The notes below the pieces were generated by a model. The model was not told the origin of the DNA. It ran no database searches and saw only the letters and a list, made by a program, of their open reading frames with translations. A stretch of DNA of 64,000 nucleotides, from assembly GCF_006345805.1 (NCBI RefSeq), contig NC_042999.1, positions 90,148,001 to 90,212,000 of the forward strand, given 5' to 3'. The position numbers were made by a program, and so were the translations under genes. The stretch comes from Octopus sinensis. Taxonomy: Eukaryota. Below, piece after piece: positions 63,701 to 64,000 of the stretch (position 1 is the first letter of the stretch; each line of letters starts with the position of its first letter).

Positions 63701-63806
63701 GAAGACCGTCCATCCAGCTGTGGCAACTCTAGTCAACCACCAACTGTAATTTCATTGCATCGTTCAATAATTGATCGTGGAGGGGATGGAGTCTTTCATA
63801 TCAGAG
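63701..63806 (+). CDS. BLTP3B: BLTP3 exon 18 (gene continues past the window)
   Basis: ttcacag|GAA...G|gtaaac; EDRPSSCGNSSQPPTVISLHRSIIDRGGDGVFHIR (human DDSPRSS...VTVHIDHLVVERSDDGSFHIR); 106 nt, phase 0->1. Confidence 0.92.
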
Positions 63807-64000
63807 GTAAACATGTTTGTATTTCTGAATAATTTGGAAGAAGAAGCATATGTGTAGTTTTAATTTATTATTTAATGTTGATATAACATGAAGAAAGGTT
63901 CAGAAATGTGTTAACACATTAAGAAAGTAAATAATCAAAGGGAGAAAATGTATTAAAAAAAAAGAGTTGAAAGGCACATTTTAAGTGATATATAACTTCT

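Overview
Animal genomic DNA, AT-rich and very repeat- and microsatellite-dense. The SINE/RTE/Penelope landscape suggests a coleoid cephalopod, probably Octopus (inference). One protein-coding gene crosses the window on the + strand: a BLTP3 (UHRF1BP1/UHRF1BP1L, SHIP164; VPS13-like bridge lipid transfer protein) ortholog. I resolved 17 consecutive GT-AG coding exons (22034-63806; 3914 nt, 1304 full codons) with fully consistent phases. Coding exon 1 and the C-terminal exons were not found and are probably outside the window. The rest is intronic or upstream DNA filled with transposon remains: a Penelope-like element (GIY-YIG), RTE, CR1, Tx1/L1 and I-like LINE relics, a Ty3/Gypsy pol relic, three mariner elements, a hAT, a piggyBac, a Tc1 MITE, Helitron-like pieces and many SINEs. 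The most interesting signals are: (1) a minimal hammerhead ribozyme with a compensatory U3-A8 core at the Penelope 3' end; (2) a composite element with a tRNA-like head and a hammerhead-like tail; (3) several long hairpins and snap-back inverted duplications; (4) inverted SINE copies bracketing exon 12; (5) a candidate LIR motif in BLTP3. Repeat boundaries without terminal repeats are approximate. All homology calls come from motif recognition, not database searches.
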